64,000 nucleotides of DNA, from the NCBI RefSeq assembly GCF_001194135.2, contig NC_068999.1, positions 16,201,755 through 16,265,754 on the forward strand. Direction: 5' to 3'. The notes beneath the pieces are model-generated. The model saw nothing but the letters and a program-made list of their open reading frames with translations, had not been told where the DNA came from and ran no database searches. Shown here one piece after another: positions 37,206 through 50,847 of this stretch (its first letter is position 1; each line of letters opens with the position of its first letter). The translations under genes and the position numbers were made by a program. Source of the stretch: Octopus bimaculoides (lineage: Eukaryota).

Positions 37206-37687
37206 TGTAGCAGCAGCAGCAGCAGCAGAAGCAGCAGTAGCAGTAGTGGTAGCAGCAGCAGAAGTTATTGTTTATTGCAGTAGTAGTAGTAGTAGTAGCA
37301 GCAGCAGACGCTATTGTTTATTGTAGTAGTAGTAGTAGTAATAGTAGTAGTAGTAACAGCAACAGCAGCTGCAGTAGTAGAAGTAGTAGTAGTAGGAGGA
37401 GCAGCAGCAGAAGCTTCTGTTTCTATCTACTGGTCAATCCTTATCTTGTTGGAATATGATCAAATCTTTCCAGCCGCGACTATTCAATATTCCCCCCCCC
37501 CCTGGTACGGAGAATTCCAGAACAACTTTTAAGTATAGCTTAATTTATTTTCTGTTAAGATGATGCGATGTTTTTTCAGGGAGATTTGACTGCTATTTCT
37601 AGCATGTCGTGCTTCACCGGTGTCAACTAGCTCGCTAGCAGCAGCGATGATTGTAGTTGTGGTGGTGGTGGTAGTGGTGGTGGCGGT

Positions 37688-37751
<64 letters not shown>

Positions 37752-38230
37752 AAAGAAGCAGAAGTGGAATATTGGAAGGAAGCAGAAGAGGAAGGAGAAG
37801 AGGAAGAAGGAAAAAAAGAAGAAGAAGAAGAAAAGGTGAAGATAAAAAGAAAAAAAGGAGAAAGATGAAAAAGAAGAAAAGAAAGAAAGAGAAAGAAGAA
37901 AACAAGAAGAGAAAGAAGAAAAAGGGGAAAGAAAAAGAAGAGAAAGAAGAAGAAGAAGAAGAAGAAGAAGAAGAAGAAGAAGAAGAAGAAGAAAGGAAAA
38001 GAAGTAGAAACAGAAGAAAAAAGGAGGAGGAGGAGGAGATAATGCTTTCCTTTATTGGCCACAAGGATCGAACACGAAAAAGTAAGAAGAAGCAGCGAGG
38101 AAGATGAAAAAAGAACAACAACAACAACAACATCGGCCACAAAATTCATTCTTGAAACGAACACTAACTTGAAGTAATCTCAGAAACTAACAATATTGGT
38201 TTATGGAATAGTAGCTCTGTAGAATAACTG

Positions 38231-38300
<70 letters not shown>

Positions 38301-38645
38301 CACCACCACTACTACTACCACCACCACCACCACCACCACTACTACTACTATTACTACTGCTGCTGTTGCTGCTGATGCTGTTGCTGCTACAGATAGTGAT
38401 GACGACGTCTATAGTAATAAAAATGATGACGAGGGTGATGATGATGATGACCATCATCATTGTCAGCATCATCATCATCATCAACATCACCACAATCATC
38501 ACCATTATCATCAATATTAATATCGTCATATGTAGCTACTATTACTACTGCTGATGCTGGTGGCAGTGCCGCTACTGCTTTTCCAGTATTATTGATTTCA
38601 TATACAGCTGAAAGAGAAGTAGCAGCGGCAGCAGCAGCAATTCAG
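37150..38645. repeat. Compound microsatellite field: (TAG/CAG/GGT)n, (GAA)-rich, then (CTA/CCA/GAT/CAT)n
   Basis: Directly visible. It explains the low-complexity ORFs at 37268-38651. Confidence 0.92.
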
Positions 38646-38852
38646 CAGTGAGACGAACATCAGCGGGAAAAAGTAGTTAAGCTAAAGCTATAATTCCTTG
38701 TTGCTGTGGCAAACTACATGGAACCCGAGTTAACTGCATGACAAATTCGAGACTCTTATCCAACTTCGATTACTGGTTTATGGAAATGTATTTCCTCTGC
38801 AGCTACTTGGTTCCAGGCTCCATTCTGCTGCGAGGGTCACAAGAAATATGTC

Positions 38853-38969
38853 TTTTTCCATACCTTCGGGTCAACCAAATCGTTGTGGATAAATATAGAA
38901 TATATAAAATGCGTGAAGGGAATTAACTCATGCCCGACAGCGGCAAGTATTTACTCTTTTACTCTTTTA
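38853..38969 (+). repeat. ~116-bp local duplication; second copy at 41028-41144
   Basis: tttttcc(a/g)tacc..c.gg.caaccaaatcgttgtggataaatatagaata.ataaaatg.gtgaagggaattaa.tcatgcccgacagcggcaagtat.tactcttttactctttta, with roughly 8 differences. Confidence 0.85.
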
Positions 38970-39317
38970 GTTGCGTCAGTCATTTGACTGCAGCCATGCT
39001 GGAGCACCGCCTTTCGTCGAACAAATCGACCCAAGACTCATTCTTTGTAAGCCTAGTAATTATTCTATCGGTTACTGTTGCCGAACCTCCAAGTTACGGG
39101 TACGTAAACATACCAGCATCAGGTGGCAAGTGATGGTGACGGGACAAACACACACACACAAACGACAGACTTCTTTGAGTTTCTCTCTACCAAATTCACT
39201 CACAAGGCATTGGTCGGCCGGAGGCTATAGTGGAAGATACTTGCCCGAGGTGCCACGCAGTGGGACTGAACCCCAGACCGTGTGGTTGGTAAGCAAGCGG
39301 TTTACCACACAGCCACT
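38950..39317 (-). mobile_element. Family-A SINE, full length
   Basis: cagtcatttgactgcagccatgctggagcaccgcc...gaggctatagtggaagatacttgcccgaggtgccacgcagtgggactgaaccc...ttaccacacagccact. Confidence 0.9.
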
Positions 39318-40068
39318 TCTTCGCCTATGCCACCCAGATATATAACGGGAGTGTGTAATGTAGGAAATGTCAAACGCTAAANNNNNNNNNNNNNNNNNNN
39401 NNNNNNNNNNNNNNNNNNNNNNNNNNNNNNNNNNNNNNNNNNNNNNNNNNNNNNNNNNNNNNNNNNNNNNNNNNNNNNNNNNNNNNNNNNNNNNNNNNNN
39501 NNNNNNNNNNNNNNNNNNNNNNNNNNNNNNNNNNNNNNNNNNNNNNNNNNNNNNNNNNNNNNNNNNNNNNNNNNNNNNNNNNNNNNNNNNNNNNNNNNNN
39601 NNNNNNNNNNNNNNNNNNNNNNNNNNNNNNNNNNNNNNNNNNNNNNNNNNNNNNNNNNNNNNNNNNNNNNNNNNNNNNNNNNNNNNNNNNNNNNNNNNNN
39701 NNNNNNNNNNNNNNNNNNNNNNNNNNNNNNNNNNNNNNNNNNNNNNNNNNNNNNNNNNNNNNNNNNNNNNNNNNNNNNNNNNNNNNNNNNNNNNNNNNNN
39801 NNNNNNNNNNNNNNNNNNNNNNNNNNNNNNNNNNNNNNNNNNNNNNNNNNNNNNNNNNNNNNNNNNNNNNNNNNNNNNNNNNNNNNNNNNNNNNNNNNNN
39901 NNNNNNNNNNNNNNNNNNNNNNNNNNNNNNNNNNNNNNNNNNNNNNNNNNNNNNNNNNNNNNNNNNNNNNNNNNNNNNNNNNNNNNNNNNNNNNNNNNNN
40001 NNNNNNNNNNNNNNNNNNNNNNNNNNNNNNNNNNNNNNNNNNNNNNNNNNNNNNNNNNNNNNNNNNNN

Positions 40069-40375
40069 GCGGAATTCGAACTCAGAACGCAGTGGCAGAC
40101 GAAATACCGCTAAGCATTTCGCCTGGCGTGCTAATGATTCTACCAGCTCGCCGCCTTTTCCTTCGGTCAATATTGATAATGTATCTAACGAAATATCGTT
40201 GCATCCCTGGGAAAAATGCTTAGCGGGACTTCTTCCGACTTTACGCCTGGATCGACCTCTGCGTTTCGTCATTTCGCAGTCGATAAAATAAGTACCAGTC
40301 GAGCACTGCGTCGATGTTATCTATTCCCGAATTTGCAGGCCTTGTATAAAAATGTGAAATGAATATTGATAATAT
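40069..40375. mobile_element. Two divergently oriented family-B SINEs (minus 40069-40158, plus 40190-40375)
   Basis: gcggaattcgaactcagaacg...gctaagcatttcgcctggcgtgctaatgattctaccagctcgccgcctt, then aaatgcttagcg...gtcgataaaataagtaccagtcgagcactg...gcaggccttgt. Confidence 0.8.
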
Positions 40376-41439
40376 GTCTTCACATGTATCTTCAGATCGA
40401 GACGAAATTGGCAGGCTACTCTCGTCACAATAGTTTCGGTTTTTATTCAACCGAAATAATATCACCGTCTCGGACTGACACAGCTTTTATAACAATGCCG
40501 TCATTGCTATCAGAAAACAAAGAGCCAGAATAGATATCTCAAGATAACTCGCCCGACAAGCGACTAATTCCTCTAGGCTACTGCCAAAGGATGGAATGCA
40601 AAATTGTCCTTGACGAGATTTGAACACAAAGTGTAGGATGGAACAAGCATGTGAGTTATTCCATCCAATATTTTAACGACTCAACTAATCCACTGATTAT
40701 CTGTAAATATGAAGCATTAATAACACCTCCTCACATGCACGCACACATACATGCATCATAAATGTGGTAATTTTCTTTAACATCACAACGTTAATGAATT
40801 GAACATGTGTAAACGATAATTTGATCACTGTTTTTATTTGCACATAAGAAGACAACTATTGGCATATTACGATCTTATTAAGTCTCATCAGCTTAACGTA
40901 GTATGCGTATGATTCCTTTGATTAACTGAGAATAGTTTTATATCCGGACAAGCAAGGATTTCAACCGGATCTTGAGTAGTGTCATTTTTTATAGATCTAC
41001 AAATGTTCTAAGAGAAAAACGAACAACTTTTTCCGTACCCTCAGGCCAACCAAATCGTTGTGGATAAATATAGAATACATAAAATGTGTGAAGGGAATTA
41101 ATTCATGCCCGACAGCGGCAAGTATCTACTCTTTTACTCTTTTATTTCTATCGTTTTTGAATGGGTTTCCAAAGGTGTTTAGCCAAAACTGTTGAACCTC
41201 CAATGGCTATTCTCGATTTACAATGAATTGCAAATGAAAATAATCTCAGGGGAAATAACTCAAATGGATGAAGCACATGCTTGCAATACTTCAATCCGAA
41301 TTGACCATAGATGATAAAAGATCTTCCTAATTCTATCTCTCCCCATTTGGTTGACAGATTTTTTAGTCCTGTTATTTGTTGTTCTTACTGCATTATCCCT
41401 TACCCTAATCATAACCCATCTCCTACGAATATTCGTTCC

Positions 41440-41730
41440 TTGCCCTCTTCTGCCGCCCTTCGACTCAAAGGCTATGACAATGTAAATTGGGCGATATTCC
41501 GGTGCGTAGAATGTGCTTTGGAAGTCTTCTTCTCTCTTTCCTAACGTCTTCTATTTCCTCAAAACCAGCTTCTTTCTTTATTTCTTTATTTTTAATGCAA
41601 TCGTTTCTGGAAACTCCCAGTATTCTCCGGCTGCATTGCAAGCTTACTGCATATGCTGGCTGTAATTTATCATGTTTTCCGTGCATACATAGCTGTTGGA
41701 ATTAGGATGGAGATGTAGTAACGGAACTCA
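41440..41730 (-). pseudogene. RTE-clade LINE fragment (C-terminal/thumb region)
   Basis: SILIPTAMYA.. (cf. PTxxYxxETW) and CSRRILGVSRNDCIKNKEIKKEAGFEEIEDVRKERRRLPKHILR (cf. CLRRILGISWxDxIxNEEVxxRAG...RRLRWxGHVLR). Confidence 0.65.
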
Positions 41731-41926
41731 ACAGCATTGCTGGCGGATTGTTTGTGCCAACAAAACCATCAACATGTATTTCATCTACCTGAAGTAAGAA
41801 AATAAACAACATCCTCGAACATGCCAACTAACTATATTCCTTGCACTACTATCTGCCCAAATTTGGCTTCATTCCTAATAAAAAGAAATCAATAACTCTT
41901 CTATATGAGAAGTTTCACTGCTTTCA

Positions 41927-41930
<4 letters not shown>

Positions 41931-41997
<67 letters not shown>

Positions 41998-42056
41998 TTT
42001 CTTCTCTTCTCTTTCTCTCTCTCTTGCCTTGTCTTCTCTTTCTCTCTCTCTCTCTC
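41931..42056 (+). repeat. (CT)n microsatellite
   Basis: Directly visible. Confidence 0.95.
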
Positions 42057-42654
42057 CTACCTTTAAACAGACTAGCAAAGATTTAACGGTTTCAAGTTAA
42101 CTCTTTTCCGGCAATATCCAAATACTTAATTGGATTAACAGAATCAGGATGCTTCATAAAATCTGATATTGACTTCAGAATTTCGCATTTTGTTTTAAAC
42201 AGATGAGAGAAACGAAAGCGGTTCATACCAAGTGCTTAGTGTCTCTCCGGATATTTCTGGCATTAAACTGATGAGAGAGGTTCCATTACATTATTGTTTT
42301 TCTTTTTAATACGACCAGTTATTTCCGTATCTTCATAGATTTAAGCGCATTAGGGAAAACCAAACGTGTTCACTCTTTGCAATCGGTATCGAAATCCGGA
42401 TTTTGTTATCATTAAGAGGATTAGAACATATGCTTACCCAACGTTAACTTCTTATTCAGAATGGTTAATTCAGAAAAGTTCAGTTAAATTGATTATTCAT
42501 GGATGTAGAAATAATAATTCTTCCACCAGATTCAATGAAATAAATGAACTACGATGTTATTTTCATTGCGCAACAGATCCTATTCATGTTAACATTGACA
42601 TTGTCTGGTGATTCAGTGGAAGCATTGAATCATATTAAACATGCTTGATTGATT

Positions 42655-42890
42655 GATTGTCATGATATAGACAAAGTGAGGGAGCCTTCACACGGTCGAT
42701 CAACTCTAAAAATAGTATATGAATCGCCCTCAAATTTCACCCACACGTCTTAGAATAGCGCGTTGGAGAATATTAACTGATATATACACTCTGATTAACA
42801 TGATTAACATAGCAAGGATGCCTTTGACAATAGATTTACTCGATCAGAATCGTCATAGTCCTTGACATAAACATCAACAACGATAGCAAT
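42655..42890 (+). mobile_element. Family-D SINE-like repeat with (AAC)n-like tail
   Basis: gagccttcacacggtcgatcaac...aaatagt...atcgccctcaaatt.cacc...gtctta...gcaaggatgcctttgac.atag...gatcag...aaacatcaacaac. Confidence 0.55.
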
Positions 42891-43114
42891 ATCAAACACA
42901 ATGACAGCCGCAGTATCTCATTTATGTAATACCAGTAGCAGTACCCGGTCTTGACCGAGATTACAAATGCATAACATAGATATAATCATAGAATTTCACA
43001 ATTAATTTGGACAAATTATGATATCAATTTTCAATTAATTGTCCATAATCAATTCAGTCACAATAATTGGATCTATGACTTAGAAAATGGTTTAAAGTGA
43101 TGTTCATAATATCG

Positions 43115-43320
43115 GATTAAAATGTTGGTACAAGACCAGCAATTTCGAGGTAGGGGATAAGTCGATTACATCGACCCCAGTGCTCAGCTGGTATCGACAC
43201 CGAAAGGATGAAAGGCAAAATCAAGGCCGCGGAATTTGAATTCAGATGGTAAATACGGAGGAAATAACACTAAGCAGTATAACCGGCATGCTGATGAGTC
43301 TGACTACGCGCTGCCTTATT
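43115..43320 (-). mobile_element. Family-B SINE
   Basis: tggtacaagaccagcaatttcg...gataagtcgattacatcgaccccagtgctcagctggt...cgaaaggatgaaaggcaaa...ggaatttgaattcaga. Confidence 0.8.
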
Positions 43321-46256
43321 GATTTTCATAATATTGCACAAATAAATAAAAAAAAAAATGAATGCTTTCTCTTTTATTTGTTTCAATCGTTGGAGTTCCA
43401 CCATGTTCGCGCACTGTGAGGGAGGATTTTATTCGAACAAATTGGCCGCTGAATATATTATTCTTCATGTACTTATTATATCAAACGTCAGTACTGAAAC
43501 TGCTAGATAACGGAGATATAAACAAACTAACAGAGGTTAACAATATGTGATGATGTGAGACACACGCACACACATATTTGAATAGTTCGACCCCTGAACA
43601 TATTTAAAATTGCACATCAGCCGTTTTATCTTTGACACACAGAGTCTTAACTAAATATAATTTGTGGCAATATACCGCTCTAAATGATAAACGCTTGTAT
43701 TTTTCTTTGACCAGAAAAACTCTGCGTTTCAAGAAGGAATATATCTCATATACCCGATCTTCCATGAAGTGTTAGAAGGATAAATGAAATAGATCTTCCA
43801 ATAATATATTAAAATCTAACAAGATGTAAACTACCCTGTGGTTTTATTATTCTGATTTATTTCTTAACCCAGCAAATTCTGAAACACAGTAAATTCTGTA
43901 AGCCAGCAACATATGCAAAAAACAAAAAAAAAAACAACACCTACTTATACGCACACACACATACACCTATGTGCCAATGGGTCTGAATGAATATGTTTGT
44001 GTGCGCTAATGGTTATGAGTAAATTTCGTCAGTATATATCGGAGGGAAAAACATAAATTAGCGGATTTTTACAAACGAAAACCGTGAGATAATTGTTCTG
44101 CAACGTGTTAGAAACAATCCCTTATCACGCTTATAATCAAAAACACACTCCACTAGAAAGTTCACGTTGGAAACCAGTGACAAATAACCTTATATTTCAT
44201 CAATTGCAATATACAATATACATACATACATATATATGTGTATGTGTGTGTGTGTGTGTGTGTGTATACGCCATGTTCTTTGACAGATTGCATGTGATAC
44301 ATGAATGCCTGCAATATTGTAATAGGTTAAGAGAGACAGCACCACTTAGTATAATTTGTTCGTGAAATCCATCCAAACACACATCTAGAAAACGCACTAA
44401 AAAGTACTGTGAAACATATAAGCCGTGATAATGTGAGAGCAATGATATCATATATATGTACATTTATCTATCTATCTATATACATANNNNNNNNNNNNNN
44501 NNNNNNNNNNNNNNNNNNNNNNNNNNNNNNNNNNNNNNNNNNNNNNNNNNNNNNNNNNNNNNNNNNNNNNNNNNNNNNNNNNNNNNNNNNNNNNNNNNNN
44601 NNNNNNNNNNNNNNNNNNNNNNNNNNNNNNNNNNNNNNNNNNNNNNNNNNNNNNNNNNNNNNNNNNNATATATATATATATATATACAGAGAGAGGGAGA
44701 GAGAGAGAGAGAGATAGAAGAGGATGTAGAAAGAAAGAAATTAGAAGAAAGCAAGCAAACAAATATCTGAGCGACTTCAGCCGAAATCTAAAACCGAGAA
44801 CTTACATTCCGTTACATTCTGTGAGTCGTGATATAAGCTTACCCTGAGGGCTTTACAACTACACATACTTACCATATGCATACACATGTTCACATTCATC
44901 TTCTACACATGTAGAGAATAATATGGTGTTAAACACGAGCTATTCGCACAAATGTATTTATTCAGCCGTTTGCTTTTGCTCACGTATGCATACATACATA
45001 CATTCATAACTATATACATACATACATCAATACATACACACACACACACATATATATATATATATGTACATATACATAAGTTCATATATACATATTTACA
45101 TACATGTATACATACATGGGCGTGTAGATGTGTGTGTGTAATATGTTACTTGATTGCTTCTATCAATGCTTGGCTGTTTAGAACCAAGAAGTAAGCTAAG
45201 ATTTCAGTACTTCGCAGACCAAGTAATAAACCAAAGAAATTTTCAGACATTCGCATATAATCATTTAAATGCCACACCTTCGGCAAATACACATATTTAC
45301 ATAGAATCAATCATGTAAGTACGTAGATGTATACACAAAAACACACAAACATACATATGTATTCCTGAGAGTGCGCGAGTGTATATATGCGTGTATGTGT
45401 CTGTGTGTGTGTGTGTGTGTGTATGTGTGTGTGTGTGTACACGTATATACATATGCAATCATTAGCTTTGAGCGCAAGGAACACCACTACCTGTATCAAA
45501 TACTATTCTGTACACATTAATATGTATTTGTGTACACTTGCGGTTCCATGCATACATACACACACTTGTATGCATATTCGTATGTATATATATATATATA
45601 TATNNNNNNNNNNNNNNNNNNNNNNNNNNNNNNNNNNNNNNNNNNNNNNNNNNNNNNNNNNNNNNNNNNNNNNNNNNNNNNNNNNNNNNNNNNNNNNNNN
45701 NNNNNNNNNNNNNNNNNNNNNNNNNNNNNNNNNNNNNNNNNNNNNNNNNNNNNNNNNNNNNNNNNNNNNNNNNNNNNNNNNNNNNNNNNNNNNNNNNNNN
45801 NNNNNNNNNNNNNNNNNNNNNNNNNNNNNNNNNNNNNNNNNNNNNNNNNNNNNNNNNNNNNNNNNNNNNNNNNNNNNNNNNNNNNNNNNNNNNNNNNNNN
45901 NNNNNNNNNNNNNNNNNNNNNNNNNNNNNNNNNNNNNNNNNNNNNNNNNNNNNNNNNNNNNNNNNNNNNNNNNNNNNNNNNNNNNNNNNNNNNNNNNNNN
46001 NNNNNNNNNNNNNNNNNNNNNNNNNNNNNNNNNNNNNNNNNNNNNNNNNNNNNNNNNNNNNNNNNNNNNNNNNNNNNNNNNNNNNNNNNNNNNNNNNNNN
46101 NNNNNNNNNNNNNNNNNNNNNNNNNNNNNNNNNNNNNNNNNNNNNNNNNNNNNNNNNNNNNNNNNNNNNNNNNNNNNNNNNNNNNNNNNNNNNNNNNNNN
46201 NNNNNNNNNNNNNNNNNNNNNNNNNNNNNNNNNNNNNNNNNNNNNNNNNNNNNNNN

Positions 46257-46295
<39 letters not shown>

Positions 46296-47004
46296 ATGTG
46301 CAGAACTACCTACCTATTTACATACATACGTACGTACAGACACACATTCATACATACCTGCATACGTATATCCATACACACATACTTACATGCCTACGCA
46401 CACCCACACACACACACACTCATTCACAGATACATGCATACGTACATATGTACATAGACGCATAGTTGCTTGCAGATATAACAAGAATATATTCTGTAGT
46501 ATTTTCTGCCTCATTTTCAGCGTATACTATTTACAGTTCGTAGAAAGGGGTTGGTGATGTGCGTAATAAGTAATGCAAAATCTCTCACAGTAAATCTGCA
46601 ACGGATATTCTATTCATGCACAGTAACAGATATTCTTTTTCTGATATATTTATTGATTTCTTACATTGAACTAGTCAAGAAATTTGTTGGGAAATATTAC
46701 AGTTGACAGAATCGACCTCTGTATAATACGGCTGGCACTTATATTTTATTGGAGGAAGAAATATAAAATATATATCAGCGGGATTTCTAAGTAGCCTGAA
46801 GGTCAGTGTTGTTAAAAACTCTCTTGGTTCCAAGTGCCAATTTCATATGTATGAGAATACCTGGAGGCGCTTCAACGCCAAGCAAAACAATGATTCTCAA
46901 AATTTGCTAATACCTAAGCATACAAATGCAAATATGCACTGGTAACAAAGTTTTATATATAGATATATATTTCTGTATACATATACATATATGCACACGC
47001 ACTA

Positions 47005-47046
<42 letters not shown>

Positions 47047-47057
47047 NNNNNNNNNNN

Positions 47058-47115
<58 letters not shown>

Positions 47116-47743
47116 AAAGACAAAAATCATCTATAGTTTCGAACTGAAGTTAATCTCATCGATCATATGTAGAGGTGCAGAAATGGCTTTATCGTTAAGA
47201 AGTTCGATTCACAACAGCTTGGTTTTGGCTTTAGTCCCCCCAGAGGCCATTTGGGCAAGTCTCTTAGCGAACACAATCTATGGTAAAAGAACTATGGCAG
47301 CTGCAATTATGTCCTCGGGCATGACGTATAAATATACTCGAAAAACCATCGAGACACATTTAGTGAATCAATGATATGATATATAAGGATACTTGAACAA
47401 CAAGTCAGTCTCCGAAAAATTTCATGCGTTAGTCGGAATAGCGAATAGTCGGAATAGTCGGAATAGCTCATACAATGAAAGACAAATGTAATGTTTGGCT
47501 ACCTTAGTAATGCAAAAGGATCGTTTCAAAGCACAACCATGTTTGCGTAAATTGTTGTCGTCGTTGCTGTTTAAGCAAGTTCAGCTTTCATCAAACGGAA
47601 CTTTGACGATGAAAATTTTAGTCCTGACTGTTCAGTTTTTTTTTCAGAGGTATTCGAACTCACAGTACACATCATTAAGTCGTTATATTTTATCTGTTAC
47701 ATGCTTCAACAATTGGACTACTGGCATCTTGCATTACCGTCTT

Positions 47744-47803
47744 AACAACAACCAACGAGGGAACACTTGAAGAACATGGATTTTCTATGTTATAGACAGC
47801 AAT
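47744..47803 (+). repeat. ~60-bp local duplication; second copy at 48555-48613
   Basis: caacaaccaacgag.gaac.cttgaagaacatgg..tt(c)tcta(ct)tgttatagacagcaat appears in both places. Confidence 0.75.
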
Positions 47804-47869
47804 CGATGGAACAGGCTCTATTTTAAAAATATTCCTATCGGGTCTCATTCAACTTTGTGTGTGTAGGTG

Positions 47870-47914
<45 letters not shown>

Positions 47915-48374
47915 CTGTGTGTGTATGTTAGTGTGTGTGTGTACACATGTTATATTTTATTATTTTATGCACACACACATAAACGGAGAGAGTTTGCAGT
48001 AATTTTACTTAGGAAATCGCACTCACGTTGGACTAGTAGGAGACGTTTGACGCATATACCATGCAGTGGAACAAAACCCCACAAAAAATTGCTGTGAAGG
48101 TTAAACTAAATTCTTAGCCACACAGTCACACCTGCAACAATATAATACATTAGATTCCTTTTGATTAAGCAAAATACGGCCATGTACTTTCGTAGCGATG
48201 AAATCAGCAGCATACGAGAATTAATTTTAGCTGAATGACGGAAAAGCCTTGTGGGCATACATTGCCGGGAGCATATTTCTTACTCTGTGGTGATAGTATC
48301 AGTTACTTTCATAACTTCGCTGATTTAATCCCTTGATATCAAGTGGAGGAAAAAACAGAAAAATTAACAAATGA

Positions 48375-48562
48375 TCTATACTTTCTCGACTTGCTAAAGA
48401 TAGCAGTAAAGTCTTACTCAAATGTGTATACTTTGTCTTGATTTAAGGAAAGACTTTTTGGAAAATATAGCTCCTGATAAACAATATGACAAGGTGGTCA
48501 TGGCTGGAATGCTTCTAGCCAGTGACTTACAAATACAGGGGGGCTAAACGATAGCAACAACC
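48375..48562 (+). mobile_element. Family-D SINE-like repeat
   Basis: cgacttgctaaagatagcag.aaa.tct..ctcaaat...gtcttg...aagg.ggtcatggctggaatgc...ggggctaaac..tagcaacaac. Confidence 0.55.
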
Positions 48563-49424
48563 AACGAGAGAACCCTTGAAGAACATGGGTCTTCTACTTG
48601 TTATAGACAGCAATTAAATCGCCTTTCAGATTAAACTCTTGAAAGGGCACAAACACATCGAACTCTGCTGTACCAAATGCTCGGCTATTAAGAAAGACTA
48701 AGAATATAGTCATAACTGGAATATCGATATGAAATTGTCTCATCGACCAGAAAGCACTCCAGGCTAAACGATAAACGAATAACAACGGGAGCTATAAGGT
48801 ATGTATGTGGCTATTTGGATCCTTGTCAGACTTTATGCATTAGAAATCGTGTTAAAGGCGATCCAGCCTGAACAATCTCTTCCTTTATACAATGTATCTA
48901 AGACTACAATATAAAATATGTACTGCATTTCCATTGAGACGGAACGATTCTTACTCGAGAGACATCACGTTGTTATATAAGGATGGGTAAATATTCAGAA
49001 ATATTCTCTCTCATGGACTAAAATGCTTTATTATTCTTGACGCTTTTTTTCTGAAACCAGTTTAGTTTTGAGTATGCATTGCTATGACCAGATACATACC
49101 AGGTGTCGCGAGCAGGTCTATATTTTCCTATATATCCTCCAAACTGAAAACACACTACCCATAGAATTCTTTTTCCAAACTGATCATTGTGATTTGAGGA
49201 GAGAAGTGGCGGGTGATTCTAAATCGCAGAATACAGAATTTATGAATGTCTGTCATTATCAACTGAACAATTCTCCAATACTTACATAACGGTTCAGTTA
49301 TATTTTCTATACTGAACAACGTTAAACAAATACAATGCACACACATATATAAACACACATATGTTCATACAGAGGCACACAGGTTTATATGTGCATCTAT
49401 CTATCTAACTATCTATCTTTCTGC

Positions 49425-49455
<31 letters not shown>

Positions 49456-49895
49456 CCTTCCTGCCTGCCTCCCTATCTATCTATCTATCTATCTATCTAT
49501 ATATANNNNNNNNNNNNNNNNNNNNNNNNNNNNNNNNNATAATATATATGTGTGTGTGTGTGAGTGTGTGAGTAAGATCACTAATTTTGGGGAATTGGTT
49601 TAGTGCCACATATATAGTTAAATAGAGTCGATTAAATCACGTTTATTATAGAGCAAGCGTGTTGATAGAAAAAAAAGTCCAAAGAACGAAAGATAAGGTT
49701 CTTGGAAAATTCGAACTCAGAAACTAAGGATAAGCGCAGATAAGGCCCTGCAGTTGAGATCTTTGTATCAAAAGTTGGGTTGCGGATTTGATAATACTAT
49801 ATGATATCGTGACCAACAATATCCTGCTGTACCCTCAGCTTGACAAATAATTTATAAGTGGAATTCAGTAATTAAAGGCTATTCAGAAGTCCGAG

Positions 49896-49930
<35 letters not shown>

Positions 49931-50847
49931 CATACACACTTGTTTTTGTGTTTGTGTGCGTGCGTGCGTGTGTGCGCGCGCGTGTAGGCAAATATAGTTA
50001 TATCATATAAAATACAACGTAAAATTTAGATTTATAAAAAGTACTTTTTCTGTTTATAATTACGAAATGGAAATTGAGATCAGTTCCAGATGGTAAGGTG
50101 AGATAATCTCAAGACTCAAGAATTCTCTGAGGTTAATACACCATTATGTATCAGAACCGTCTCGTTGCTAATTCGCTTTCGTAACACGTGATTTTATCTC
50201 AATGTCATCATCAGCACATTATACCATTTATAGCCGAGGTAATTTTCAGAATTTAGACAAAAATGAGCGGGCAAAAACAACTCAGAATTACTAAAGTTCA
50301 TCTTATTTAAATTATACCAATTGTAATATGTGCAATTTAATGCGATAAAAATAAAGCATATTTTGTTGAATATCACTGCTATCTAGGAAGGATAGATTGC
50401 AAGGTAGAGATAACATAACAAAAATAACTGAAAATTTTGTTTTGGAAAATAAAAGAATTAAAACATTGAGCAGAGAATGAGAGGAGGAAAGTTAGAAAAG
50501 ACAACACCTGAAATACCTTGCTATAGATTTTTCTATTTTGAAAATTATATTCCCCTGCAGCGAACAGATCACAAATGTTCTACTATTGCTGCAAAAGTTA
50601 TAATCTGTGATCTGTAGAGATCTAAAGGCGATGTGATTAAAACCATTGAAACCAAGAACACATTGCAGTAAAAAATGAAATCTCTCAAAAAACATATAAA
50701 GCTGTATTTAAAAGGAAAAATAATAACAACACAGTGTGAGTTTTAATTGTTGTTTCTTACAAGTAGTGTAATAAGTAGTACTCATGTTGGATTATCTGAG
50801 TACACAGTAATTACTTATATGAATTCTTGCTAGTGTTGACTCAACTA

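Noticed and set aside
42925-42965. tagcagtacccggtcttgaccgag as a Helitron/Helentron terminus
   Set aside because: No partner terminus or 3' hairpin-CTRR end was found nearby.
43285-43320. CTGATGAG as a fifth hammerhead core (also other CTGATGA hits at 3148, 14253, 29178, 42269 and 62730)
   Set aside because: No stem II followed by GAAA and no stem I partner. The 43291 hit is a mutated family-B SINE segment.
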